Shown here piece after piece: positions 52,772-64,000 of a stretch of 64,000 nucleotides of DNA. A model generated the notes under the pieces. The model saw only the letters and a program-made list of their open reading frames with translations. It searched no databases and was not told the DNA's origin. This stretch comes from Mobula hypostoma (lineage: Eukaryota). Location of the stretch: the NCBI RefSeq assembly GCF_963921235.1, contig NC_086097.1, positions 132,248,001-132,312,000 of the forward strand. Reading direction: 5' to 3'. Within the stretch, counting starts at the first letter, position 1. The number at the start of each line of letters is the position of its first letter. Position numbers and translations under genes: made by a program.

Positions 52772-53717
52772 TCACTGGTCTCCCAAACATTCATTTATAT
52801 GTAGGGGCTGTACATAAGTTGGATGTTGGCATCCTAGGGAGGGCCTGCGGTTGTGCTTTGAAATATTCATCGTTAATTCTTTATTCAATAATATTTAAAT
52901 ATTTACTTTGTTCCTTATGGTTTTTAATGGATTTTAGTAACTAGTAAAATTGACTTACAGCATTGCAGCTGGCATAGAAATGGGAGGGTCAAAGCCTGTC
53001 AGCTGTTTTCGTAAGTGGCAATTCTCCATTTCCATGCAATCCCCGTTGCCACTGAGACCACACAGCTAGTGTTCTGAATACAGACCGCCAGTGTGTTCGA
53101 GCCCTCCACATTTTGAAGGGGTATTGAAGCTTTCACTAGACAGGGAGTTGTGTCCAGCAAGATCTAGCCAATTACATCTCATCCAAAGGTAGTAGGTGAG
53201 ATTGGGAACTTCCTGTCTTAATTTTTTTTACGCTGATCAGTCTCTGTACACAGAGAAGGTAAATCTTTGCTGCATTTATTAACTTGTACTTCATAAAAAT
53301 TGCAACTAATCCATTGTAATGGTTATCTTTTTTCCTCTTTGGGTTGGAGAGATACTGTCAAAGGAGCTTGAACCAATAACTGCAGTGCTTATTGTAAATT
53401 GAATACTCTTGCTATTGAGCAACATTGGTGGAGGGAATAAATGTTTATGGAGGTGGATGAAATGCCAACAGTTGACTGCTTTATTGGGTGGTGTTGAACA
53501 CCTTGAAATTCGTGGTAGTTGCATTCTTCCAAACAAGTGGACAGTATCCCACTCCCCTCTCAACTGGAAATGGTGGGGGATGCCGAAGTACCCTGAAGTG
53601 AGTCAGAGTACTCCCATGCCATACAACACCCAGCCCCTGTACTGCTCTTAAAGCAGCAGTAGTGATATAATTGATCTTGTTGACCCCCATGGTGCTGTGG
53701 AAAAAGAGCAACTAATG

Positions 53718-53830
53718 CTGGGAGAGAGGGCGACTGAGGAAGGGGAGAGGAAGTGAAAAGAGGGGAGAGGGAGTGAGAGAGAGGAGAGGAATATAGAAAG
53801 AAAAGAGATAGTGAAGAAGGGAGAGGAGAT
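53718..53830. repeat. GA-rich low-complexity tract
   Basis: Purine-rich run (gagagagg, aagagggg). Confidence 0.7.
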
Positions 53831-54609
53831 GCTTGTTTAAGAAAGGGAACATATATTTATAAGACATTTAATGTTGCAATACATTTAAGCAGCCTCAGGG
53901 TTGGATTGCATCAATGGAATTGGAGTGAGGCCAGGTTAAACAGCTGAAGATGTTGTTAAATCAATTGTTTTGTAGACAAGAAGAATGTTCTCAGAAGGAA
54001 AATGTGCGGCCATTGAGCCCACTGGAAATGCCAGAGCTGTGAATAGGCAGGAACCTGGAAGTGGAAGGAAGGAGCCTGCTAGGAATATCACTGAGCCGAG
54101 GAGGACTTCTGTGTTAAGGTGGGAGTGAATGATGCATGATTCTCTAGATAGACTCTCTGTTCCCCAATTGTTTCTCTATCAGAATCAGAATTGAGTTTAA
54201 GATCACTGGCATATTGTTTTGTGGCAGCAGCACATAATTGAAAATTTCAAATTACAATAAGAAATACAGTTGATTCCAGTTAATTAGGATGCATTCGGAC
54301 TGGTACCTTTTGGCAAAAATTAAGTGGCTGCCCCAATTCGCTGAAGTTTTATGGAAATAGTTAAAAAGGTATAAAATGAGTAGTAAATCATATATTTAAA
54401 TGAAATACAGAACAAATTAGAACACTGCCAGTAGTACCACAGTGCTATAAGACTACAGTGTATTAGTTCCTACTAGTTATCAATTGAGGAATTCATCCAG
54501 TGTATGCAATGAACAAAATCAATGCAAACACTCAGTGCAAATAATGGCAACACACATAAAAGTTGCTGGTGAATGCAGCAGGCCAGGCAGCATCTCTAGG
54601 AAGAGGTGC

Positions 54610-54645
54610 AGTCGACGTTTCAGGCCGAGACCTTTCGTCAGGACT
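54610..54645 (-). ncRNA. Minimal type I hammerhead ribozyme, second pLTR copy
   Basis: The reverse complement reads AGUC-CUGACGA-AAGgucucggCCU-GAAAC-GUC-GACU, with one stem II mismatch relative to the 56106 copy. Confidence 0.78.
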
Positions 54646-55175
54646 AACTGAAGGAAGAGTGAGTAAGGGATTTGAAAGTTGGAGGGGAAGGGGGAGATCC
54701 AAAATGATAGGAGAAGACAGGAGGGGGAGGGATGGAGCCAAGAGCTGGACAGGTGATTGGCAAAAGGGATACAAGAGGATCATGGGACAGGAAGTCCTGG
54801 AAGAAAGACGGGGGGGGGGAACTCTATTCTTGGTGGGGTGGCAGGTGAGGACCAGGGGAACCCTATTCCTAGTGGGGTGGTGGGAGGATGGTGTGAGAGC
54901 AGAAGTACGTGAAATGGGGGAGATGCGTTTAAGAGCAGAGTTGATAGTGGAGGAAGAGAAGCCCCTTTCTTTAAAAAAGGGAGACATCTCCCTCGTCCTA
55001 GAATGAAAAGCCTCATCCTGAGAGCAGATGCGGCGGAGACGGAGGAATTGCGAGAAGGGGATGGCGTTTTTGCAAGAGACAGGGTGAGAAGAGGAATAGT
55101 CCAGATAGCTGTGAGTGCAAGAGTCTGGGTGAGAAGAGGAATAGTCCAGATAGCTGTGAGTGCACGAGACAGGGT

Positions 55176-55807
55176 ACCCCACTAGGAATAGGGTTCCCCT
55201 GGTCCTCACCTACCACCCCACCAGCCTCTGGGTCCAACATATTATTCTCCGTAACTTCCGCCACCTCCAACGGGATCCCACAACTAAGCACATCTTTCCC
55301 TCCCCCCCCCCCGCATTCCGCAGGGATCGCTCCCTACGCAACTCCCTTGTCCATTCGTCCCCCCCATCCCTCCCCACTGATCTCCCTCCTGGCACTTATC
55401 CGTGTAAGCGGAACAAGTGCTACACATGCCCTTACACTTCCTCCCTTACCACCATTCAGGGCCCCAAACAGTCCTTCCAGGTGAGGCAACACTTCACCTG
55501 TGAGTCGGCTGGGGTGATATACTGCGTCCGGTGCTCCCGATGTGGCCTTCTATATATTGGCGAGACCCGACGCAGACTGGGAGACAGCTTTGCTGAACAC
55601 CTACGCTCTGTCCGCCAGAGAAAGCAGGATCTCCCAGTGGCCACACATTTTAATTCCACATCCCATTCCCATTCTGACATGTCTATCCACGGCCTCCTCT
55701 ACTGTAAAGATGAAGCCACACTCAGGTTGGAGGAACAACACCTTATATTCCGTCTGGGTAGCCTCCAACCTGATGGCATGAACATCGACTTCTCTAACTT
55801 CCGCTAA
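55176..55807 (+). pseudogene. Penelope GIY-YIG endonuclease domain (open frame, N-terminally truncated, RT absent)
   Basis: GTYPC...CYTC linker, then VIYCVRCSRCGLLYIGETRRRLGD..AEH...LEEQHLIFRLGSLQPDGMN. Confidence 0.92.
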
Positions 55808-56105
55808 TGCCCCACCTCCCCCTCGTACACCATCTGTTACTTATTTTTATACACACATTCTTTCTCTCACTCTCCTTTTTCTCCCTCTGTCCCTCTGAAT
55901 ATACCCCTTGCCCATCCTCTGGGTTTCGCTGCCCCCCCCCGTCTTTCTTCCCGGACCTCCTGTCCCATGATCCTCTCGTATCCCCTTTTGCCTATCACCT
56001 GTCCAGCTCTTGGCTCCATCCCTCCCCCTCCTGTCTTCTCCTATCATTTTGGATCTCCCCCTCTGCCTCCAACTTTCAAATCCCTTACTCACTCTTCCTT
56101 CAGTT

Positions 56106-56141
56106 AGTCCTGATGAAGGGTCTCGGCCTGAAACGTCGACT
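56106..56141 (+). ncRNA. Minimal type I hammerhead ribozyme (PLE pLTR)
   Basis: AGUC-CUGAUGA-AGG(gucucgg)CCU-GAAAC-GUC^GACU. Stem I AGUC/GACU, stem II AGG/CCU, palindromic ACGU in place of stem III. Predicted cleavage after C56137. Confidence 0.85.
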
Positions 56142-57026
56142 GCACCTCTTCCTAGAGATGCTGCCTGGCCTGCTGCGTTCACCAGCAACTTTTATGTGTG
56201 TTGCTTGAATTTCCAGCATCTGCAGAATTCCTGTCATGTGCAAATAATGGACTGCCTCCATACAATGCTATCAGTGATTGCATCCTCCAAATATTAATTT
56301 TCATTGTAACATTCAAGCTGATTGACTTTACCATCAAATTGTTCATAGTTCAATACTTGTTGAAGTAGTAAAATCATTTCATTTCATTTCACTCCCAGCT
56401 GTTACTTGCACCTCCAAGCCTGAATACTTGAAACCATGGTGAGTAAAACAGTTCTGAATTGTCTCACTGCTTTGTTTTTTGCAAAAATTAGTGGTAAAAA
56501 TCGCTACTTTTTGAACAGAAAATCAAACAACTGACACGATTTTAAAAACTGTTTGCTCTAAGTATGGTGTAGCATCTGATAGCCACGTAAATGCAGACAA
56601 CTGACAGTGGTTAGAACCTGTTCGACAACAGTCTCCTGACCCAACTAAGTGACATACTGACTCAAATAAAAAGGGAATCACAAAAATTTTCTCAATTTGT
56701 TTTTGTTCTTTACAAGTTGTCCCAAATAAGTGTCTGCCCTAGTTAACTGATGGCCCAATTAACCAGTATCCACTGTATATATTAAAACAAATAAATTAAA
56801 TAAATAGTGCAAAAAGAGAACAAAAAAAAGTGAGGTAATGCACATGGTTCATTGTCCATTCAGTAATCTGATGGCTGGTGGGAAAGAAGCTGCTTCTGAA
56901 CTATTGAGTGTGCCTTCAGGCCCCCGTATCCCTCCTTGATGGTAGCAATGAAAAGAGTGAGCAATGAGCATCCAGTTTGGATCTTACAAAGGATAGTACA
57001 GCTGTTGAGAAACCTTGTGGTCCAGT

Positions 57027-58120
57027 TCAGAACCAGAATCAGGCTTAATATCACCACTACATGTCGTGAAATTTGTTGTCTTTGTGGCAGCAGTACAATG
57101 CAATGCATAATAATAGAAAAAGAAACAAATTACAGTAAGTATACAGTGCCTTCAGACTTCTGTCCCTCCTTCCCGATGGTAGCAATGTGAATAAGGCATG
57201 ACCTGGGTGATGGGGGTCCTTAAAGATGAATGCTGCCTTTTTGAGGCATTTCTCCTTGAAGATGTCCTGGGTACTATGGAGGCCAGTTTCCATGATGAAG
57301 CTGACTAAGTTTACAACTCTCTGCACTTCTTTTGATCCTGTGCAGTAGCACCGCACCACCACCCCATACCATATTGTGATGCAATCAGTTACATCTGCAG
57401 AAATTTTCGTGTGTCTTTGTTGACATAACCAAATCTTCTCAAACTTGTAATGAGATGGACCCACTCGTGTGCCTTCTTTGTAGCTGGTGTTGGGTCCAGG
57501 GTAGAACCACAGAGATACTGATATCCAGGAACTTGAAATTGCTCACTCTTTCCACTCTGATCCCTGTGACCACTGATGTGTGTTCCCTTGTCTTACCCTT
57601 TCTGAGGTCCACAATCAGTTCTTTGGTCTTACTGACATTAAGTGCAAGGTTGTTGCTGTGACAGCACTTGCTGATCTATCTCGCTCCTGTACGCCCTCTT
57701 GTCATCATCTGAAATTCTGCCAACAATAGTTGTATCATCAGTGAATTTACGGATGGTGTTTGAGCTGTCTCTAGCCACACAATCATGTGTATAGACAGTG
57801 CAGAACAGTGGGCTAAGCACACACACCTGAAGTGTGCCAGTGTTGATTGTCAGTGAGGGGGAGATGTTATTTCCAGTCTGCACAGATCATAGTCTTGTAG
57901 TCAGGAAGTTGAAGATCCAGTTGCAGAGAGAGGTACAGAGGCCAAAGTTCTGGAGCTTTTTGATCAGAACTGCAGGAATGATTATGTTAAACGCTGAGCT
58001 GTAGTCGATAAACAGCATCCTGACATAGATATTTGTATTGTCCAGGTGGTCCAAGGTCAAGTGAAGAGCCAATGAGATTACGTCCATCATATACCCTCTT
58101 GAAAGACAGCCTGATGTCAA
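57027..58120 (-). mobile_element. Rex1 LINE 3' half (RT), degenerate
   Basis: [41 protein letters not shown]; 3' tail cagaaccagaatcagg. Confidence 0.88.
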
Positions 58121-58669
58121 GTTTGTAGGTTAAGTTCAGTTAGGATTCCATAAAATAAATGTTTTATTCCATTGGGAATATTTAGCCAGTTCTCAGGTAG
58201 CCCACTAGATGGAGAGCTGTGTGCTGGCCACGTGTTCCATTGCAATGAGAAGGAAGTCCACAGAGACAACTGGGCTACTGAGCAAGGACATCCAGCAGCT
58301 TTCCCATTGAGAGGACTCTGAGGCTTCACTTTCCTGAATGTAAAGTGAGTGAGGCAGGAACTGAAACAAACACCTTCCATTGATTCCCAGTCTGGATATA
58401 GCCCATTTAAAAAATTTTTGTCCTGACTTCCAAGACCCTGAGCGGCATTTTCCCGATCTTCCTTTTTCAATCCTCTCAGCGTTATGATTTGAAATTTCCA
58501 TATTTTTCACCTGGGCCCTAGAATTCCCTCCTTAAACCAATGTTCCTCTCTACCCTAGCTGTATTTGATCATTTATCGTTATATCACCCTGTCATGGTTG
58601 AGTGAACTGCTGCTAAGTACATTGTGACGTTGTACCAAAATGGAAGAGTGTTCCACACAGTATTGCAGT

Positions 58670-59062
58670 GGAATGATCCCAGGAATGAATGGATTAATGC
58701 ATGAGGAGTGTTCGATAGCTCTAGGCCTGTACTCACTGGAGTTTAGAAGAATGAGAAGGTATCTCATGGAAACTTACCAAATATTGAAAGGGCTAGATAG
58801 AGTGGATGTGGAGAGGACATTTCTAATATTGGGTGAGTCTAGGACCATTCTAGCCTCAGAATATAGATATGACCCTTTAGAACAGAGATGAGGAGCAATT
58901 TCTTTAGTCAGATTGTAAAGGCAAAATTATTGTGTATATTTAAAGTGGAGGTTGATAGTTTCTGTATTAGTAAGGGCATCAAAGTTTAGGGGGAGAAGGG
59001 GTTGAGAAGAAAATAAAACAGCTATGATTGAATGCTTAATTTTGCTCCCACGTCTTAAGATA
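58670..59062 (+). mobile_element. CR1 3' fragment
   Basis: MIPGMNGL.HEE...LGLYSLEFRRMR..L.ETY.ILKGLDRVD. Confidence 0.8.
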
Positions 59063-60773
59063 TTATGACACTCTGAAGTATTCCAAATAGCTCTGAGAAC
59101 CTTCAGCCGGTTATACAGAAGACCAGTGTACACAGCTAGAAGGAGATCACCACCTCCCAAATTTATACCCATCTGCCTCTCAATCACCATTTCCAGTTTC
59201 CACTACAGCTTTATCTGTCAGCTCAAAATCCACTGAAATGAATTGAAGGTAAGACTCCATAGATCACGAGAAATGCGGAAGAAGAAGGATATAAAGTCAG
59301 AGTCGAGTTTATTGTCATATGCACCAGTACATATATGTGCAGGTGCCAGTAAAACTTACTTCCAGCAGTATCACAAAACACATAGCATCGTATAAACAGC
59401 ATTAAGAAAAAAAAATGTAAATTAAAAGTAAATTACACATAGTTTTTATCAGAAAGAACAGAAATTTAAAAAAAAACAAAGCCTATTTTTGTTAGTTGTT
59501 CCACAATGAATTATCACAGTGCATGCATTATTTTCTGCTCTGCCCTGTCTATTACTGGGAAAGTAGCTTTGCAAATTTACTTTCAACAAAACGTCAAGCT
59601 TAAAAATAAATCTTGAAGGAATGAGTCATTGGACTATAACCTGAGTTTGAGCCTAAGGGAAGTTCTGTGGCCTTTAAGAGTTACAGAATAGCACACAGGT
59701 GTTTTCCTTTACAGGAAAGAAGATTTGCCCGCAGGACAGCTGGGGAAGAGGAGAAATTAAGGGAATAAAAAGGATGTGAACAACATTGCAAGGTTCCTCT
59801 GGCTTTTGGACGCCGGGTAGGATCGTTCTGCATCTTCCAAATCATTTCCTCCTTTATTGTGTTGCCTGTATCACATGTAGAATGTCACAGAAACCTACAA
59901 TTAGGCTAAGTGTGCGTGGAGCATACAAAAGGAAATGATACCACTAGACTGTATACTTAAAGCTGCAGAATCACTTTTCAAAGAATCTGCTTGTCAATTT
60001 CTGGTCAATTTCATTAATTCAAAATTAACCAGTCATTGACCTTTGTATACACAATCTGCTCATGCAACCAAAGAACCATACACTAAAATGTAGTTTCAGC
60101 AACTTTCTTAAAAAAAACATACAACTGTAATGAAGCAGCCCCAGATATGAGGGAATGAGCGGATGCTGTTGCAATTCTTGTTTTAAAAGTGCAAAATCTA
60201 TAAATGGTTGTTGTGATTTAACCCATTGTCTTTTCACCTTGAAGTGCCAAGCCTGCTGTAATGCTGTTGAGTCCTTGTCATATTACAGCACTAGACTTCT
60301 AGCAAGATGGTGAGAGGTTTGATTCACATTCCTGCCCGTCTGCTAATATAGTCAATACACATGCAGAGAACCTCAGGACAAGGTGGGTGTTTGTCTCAGG
60401 AGTACTGGGGAGGATAGAAGCATGGATGAAGGTGAATTCCAGAATACAGGAAAATAAGAACACGAGTAGGCCACCACAGAAGCCTTCCCCACCATTCAAT
60501 ATGATCGTGGCTGATTTGCCCCAGGCCTCAACGCCAGTTTCCCAATTCTTTAAACTCCTCAATCTTTCAAATATTTCAAAGGTTCAAAGTTTCAAAGGTC
60601 CAATTGAATATCAGAGAAATGTATACAATATACATCCTGAAATGCTTTTTCTTCGCAACCTTTATATCTTTTTCCATTCTAAATATCTGCAGTGATCTGA
60701 CCTCCACTGCCTTTAGGGGTAGACAATTCCAGAGATTCACTGCCCTGTGAGAGAAATAAATTTATAAATGGAA

Positions 60774-61079
60774 CTACTACTACGTCGACTCAGGCCTAGG
60801 GGGCCGGCGTCGGGCGTCTGGTCAGGTCAGGGCCTAGCCTTGCTACTGGTACCACGTAGCCCAGTACTACCTGTCTCGGTCAGGTTGTTGGCGACTCAAG
60901 CGGCACACCCCCGGTGCACTCCGGTTAACCAGGGAGGAGGGTGTGTAGGCACCCAGCAGGACTAAGAACAAAACCTGTCAAAGGGCGGATGAACTCTTTG
61001 TGAGTCAAAGGCCACCTACTGTCTGTATGAGGTGTGGCATGCCACACAATATTTCGTTTTGCGCCTTGTAAGGCAAAAA
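60774..61079 (-). mobile_element. Young CpG-rich 306-bp retroposed element with (GTA)n tail (RTE-related?)
   Basis: 11-bp TSD tataaatggaa (60763-60773; 61080-61090); ctactactac at the left end. Confidence 0.7.
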
Positions 61080-61094
61080 TATAAATGGAAAGTA

Positions 61095-62285
61095 ATGGAA
61101 ATTTAAGGAAAGTTGATAAAGCTAAGGCAGTGGATGTTGCCTATGTGGTCTTCAGCAAGACTTTTGACAAGGTTCCACATGGGAAGTTGGTCAAGAAGGC
61201 TCAGCCACTTGACATTCAAGATAAAGTAGTTCATTGGATTTGACATTGGCTTTGTGGGAGAAGCCAGAGAGTGATAGTGGATGGTTGCCTCTCTGACTGG
61301 AGGCCTGTGACTGGTGGAATGCCGCAGAGATCATTACTAGGTCAGTTGTTGTTTGTCATCTATATCAAAGATCTAGATGATAATGTGGTTAACTGGATGA
61401 GCAAATTTGCAAACGACATCAAGGTTCAGGGTATAGTAGATGGTGAGGAAGACTATTAGAGCTTGCAGTGAGATCTGGAACAGCTGGAAAAATGGCAGAT
61501 GGAGTTTAATACAGACAAGTGAGAGGTGTTGCACTCCAGTAGGTCTTACACAGTGAATGATAGGGCACTGAACAGTGTGGTAGAACAAAGGGACCTGGGA
61601 ACTCAGGTCCATAATTCATTGAAAGTGGTGGCACAGGTAGATAAGGTCATAAAGATAACTTTTGACCATTAGCCTTCATAAATCAATGCATTGAGTACAG
61701 GAGATGGATTGTTCTGTTGAAGTTGTATAAGATATTGGTGAGGCCTAATTTGTATTGTGTGTAGTTTTGGTCACCTGCTTACATGAAAGATGTAAATAAG
61801 GTTGAAAGACTATAGAGAAAATACACAAAGATGCTGCTGGGACTGGAAGACCTGAGTTTTAAGAAAAGGTTGAATTGATTAAGACATTATTCTTTGGACC
61901 GTAAAGGTTGAGGAGAGGTTTGATACAGGTGTACAAAATTAAGAGTGGTATAGATAGGGTAAATGCAAGCAGGTTTTCTCTGCTGATGTTAGGTGGAACT
62001 ACAAATAAAGGTCATGGATTAAGGGTGAAAGGTGAAAAGTTTAGCAGGAATACACAGACTTCTTCACTCAGAGGGTCATGGGAGTATGGAATGAGCTGTC
62101 AGAACAAGTGGTGCTTGCAAACTCGATTTCAACGTTTAAGAAAAGTTTGGATAGGTACATGGAGGGAGGAGTATGAAGGTCTATGGCCCGGGTCCAAGTC
62201 TCAGGGAGTAGGCAGTTTAAATGGCTTGGCATGAACTAGATGGGCCAAAGGGTCTGTGTCTGTGCTGTATTTTCCTATGACTCTG
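61095..62285 (+). mobile_element. CR1 ORF2 RT region and 3' end, degenerate
   Basis: VDVAY..FSKTFDKVPH; GMPQRSLLG.LLFVIYI.DLD..SKFAND; LYKILVRP; RRGLIQVYKI. Confidence 0.9.
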
Positions 62286-62329
62286 AGTCAATGACTCTAA
62301 ATACCCCAGTTTTAAATTACCTGTCCCTC

Positions 62330-62760
62330 ATATTGTAGAAATGGAGGCAACTAGTGGAATTATCTATCCTGTAAAGGCCTCCAAGGATCTAATATGTTGG
62401 AGTAAGATCACCTCTTATTCTTTTAAACTCCAAGGAATACAGACTAAAATTATCTAGCCTCGCATGAGAGAACAACTCTCTCATCCCAGGAACTGACCTG
62501 GTGAATCTCCTTTGGACTGCCTCTAATTTTATTCCATCCTTATCTTTTTAGGTAAGAGGACCAAGACTGTGTGCTTTATTCCAGGTGTGCTTGACCAATA
62601 CTCTGTACAACTTTAATATTCCTATTTTTAAATTCCATCCACTTCTCAATCAAGGCTAACACACCAATTTACCTTATTAACGAATGGGTGAGCACACCTA
62701 CTGACCTTTTTTGATTCATTCACTAGAACATCTTAATCCCTTTGAATATCATTCACTTGC
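62330..62760 (-). mobile_element. Old CR1 remnant
   Basis: agatcacctcttattc..catcccaggaa..ggaccaagactg..tccaggtgtg pattern, as at 16940-17130. Confidence 0.65.
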
Positions 62761-64000
62761 TGCAGATTAGCTGGGGGTAGAGGAAGAGACGACAGCTGAT
62801 TAGCTTGCCTTGGTGATGGTTTGGTCTTGGAAACTCAACTTAAGGGATGGCTAGGAGAGTGAACACAGAGTGGGATAGAAGGCATGGAGGTAGGTGGAGA
62901 GGAAAAGTCTCCATAACAACATCTATCATACTGTCAAGGTTGAAGAAGCTGCTAAGGAGAATCCCAGTGAGAGCCTGAAGTTATTGGTGTAATGACAAAA
63001 AGGGGGATGCAGGCAACATCAGCATAACCTCATACATACCCTCACAATAGCCTTTATCTCCAACAGTGGAGAAGGACATTGAAATATTGTCCTCCCCTTA
63101 GATATTCTTCTCCATCTTATCTACTACCTGGCGACATGCACTCAGGGATAGAAATTCCACCACAAAGTGAACCTCAGGGAAGACGGATGCCAACAAAGTT
63201 TTGACATTGCCACCAACAGTTTTCCAATCTTTCTCATCACCTGCAAAGGCTTCTCACTACAGTGAAACTAATCCAGAGGACAAATGTGTAACCGGTCACA
63301 ACCTCAAGTATGTTTCGAAACATGGATCACACTAGCCTCAGTTATTGAGTTGCAGTATAACATGACACATGCATTCTGAGTTATCATCAAAAGGCATTGT
63401 ACAATTGCAGTTTTCTTCTACCATATAAATTCAAAAAACAATTTGTTGCAAACAAATCTTATTTCTGCCTAGAGATTAGCTCTGAGAGAAATATCAGCAG
63501 CTCTAATGATAACATTTTGGCTCTCTGTACTAATAATTAATGGACTGGGTACTTTAAGCAATTTAATATCTCTATTAATTTAACAGGCATAATCTAATAT
63601 TGCATAAGAATTTGCTGTATTATTAGCTTTTTCTATTAATGGTACTTTCTACATTTACATTTAATAGTATGATAATGAGGGATACCTTGAATGTTGACAC
63701 TAATTGTTTCACACATTATAAACTTCATTGGGTCAACTTCTTTATTATCTTGTAATATGCTTTAACCACAGAACTCCCCAGTGATCAATACTGATGAACT
63801 TGAAACACTTCCTTTGCAGCCCTTAATTTGTTGTGTGGGTTTAAAACGACGCTGGAGTGAATGGCATTCAATGCAGCCTGAGAGTTAGCATTGCCAAGGA
63901 CTGAATGGCCTGCTTTTGAATAAGACCACCTTGAAGCTAGACTCAGAGACACGAATTACCAGTACCTAACCACTATTACTTGAATAATAAGGTTGGAGAA

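Larger units (their letters stand above)
54548..56237 (+). mobile_element. Young Penelope-like element with 5' inversion and inverted pLTRs
   Basis: 13-bp TSD gtgcaaataatgg (54535-54547; 56238-56250). The left arm is minus-strand pLTR plus ORF; inversion at ~55175; the right arm is GIY-YIG plus pLTR. Confidence 0.95.
54268..56774. mobile_element. Tigger/pogo-like non-autonomous DNA transposon hosting the Penelope insertion
   Basis: TA-flanked TIRs cagttgattccagttaatt / aattaaccagtatccactg. It interrupts a Rex1 3' tail (54179-54265 continues at 56780). Confidence 0.75.

Noticed and set aside
59700..59820. Splice-acceptor-like ttttcctttacag|G with downstream gtagg
   Set aside because: Stops occur in all three frames and there is no supporting neighbouring exon.
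63800..63822. ctgatga-actt-gaaac hammerhead-like core
   Set aside because: Only 4 nt between the core halves (no viable stem II), no stem I/III pairing and no PLE context.
1..64000. Prokaryotic systems (CRISPR, operons, retrons), rRNA or tRNA genes
   Set aside because: No arrays or dense coding were seen. All RT and nuclease motifs belong to eukaryotic TEs.

Overview
Vertebrate non-coding DNA, almost certainly a cartilaginous fish and probably a ray. This is inferred from the repeat repertoire: CR1 with an esterase ORF1, Rex1/Babar, V-SINE/HE1-like and Deu-type SINEs, and Penelope. I found no host protein-coding exon. Nearly all listed ORFs are decayed retro/DNA-transposon frames or antisense noise. 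Main content: a near full-length CR1 LINE (24.2-28.6 kb); a decayed Gypsy LTR element (15.8-22.8 kb) carrying at least five nested insertions; several Rex1 LINEs and related non-autonomous elements; Tc1, Tigger/pogo and hAT elements; and Penelope-like elements (PLEs) with a GIY-YIG endonuclease. The most notable hidden signal is a set of minimal type I hammerhead ribozyme motifs (CUGAnGA-stemII-GAAAC-GUC) in the PLE terminal repeats. One copy is intact at 56106-56141, one is near intact on the opposite strand, and there are decayed copies plus a second PLE family with a longer stem II. PLE hammerheads are a known class, so novelty here is at family or lineage level only. Between the repeats are TE-poor, homeodomain-motif-rich islands (best: 28.6-30.9 kb) that look like conserved enhancers of a developmental locus; this is inference only. 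Repeat boundaries are approximate unless a TSD is quoted.
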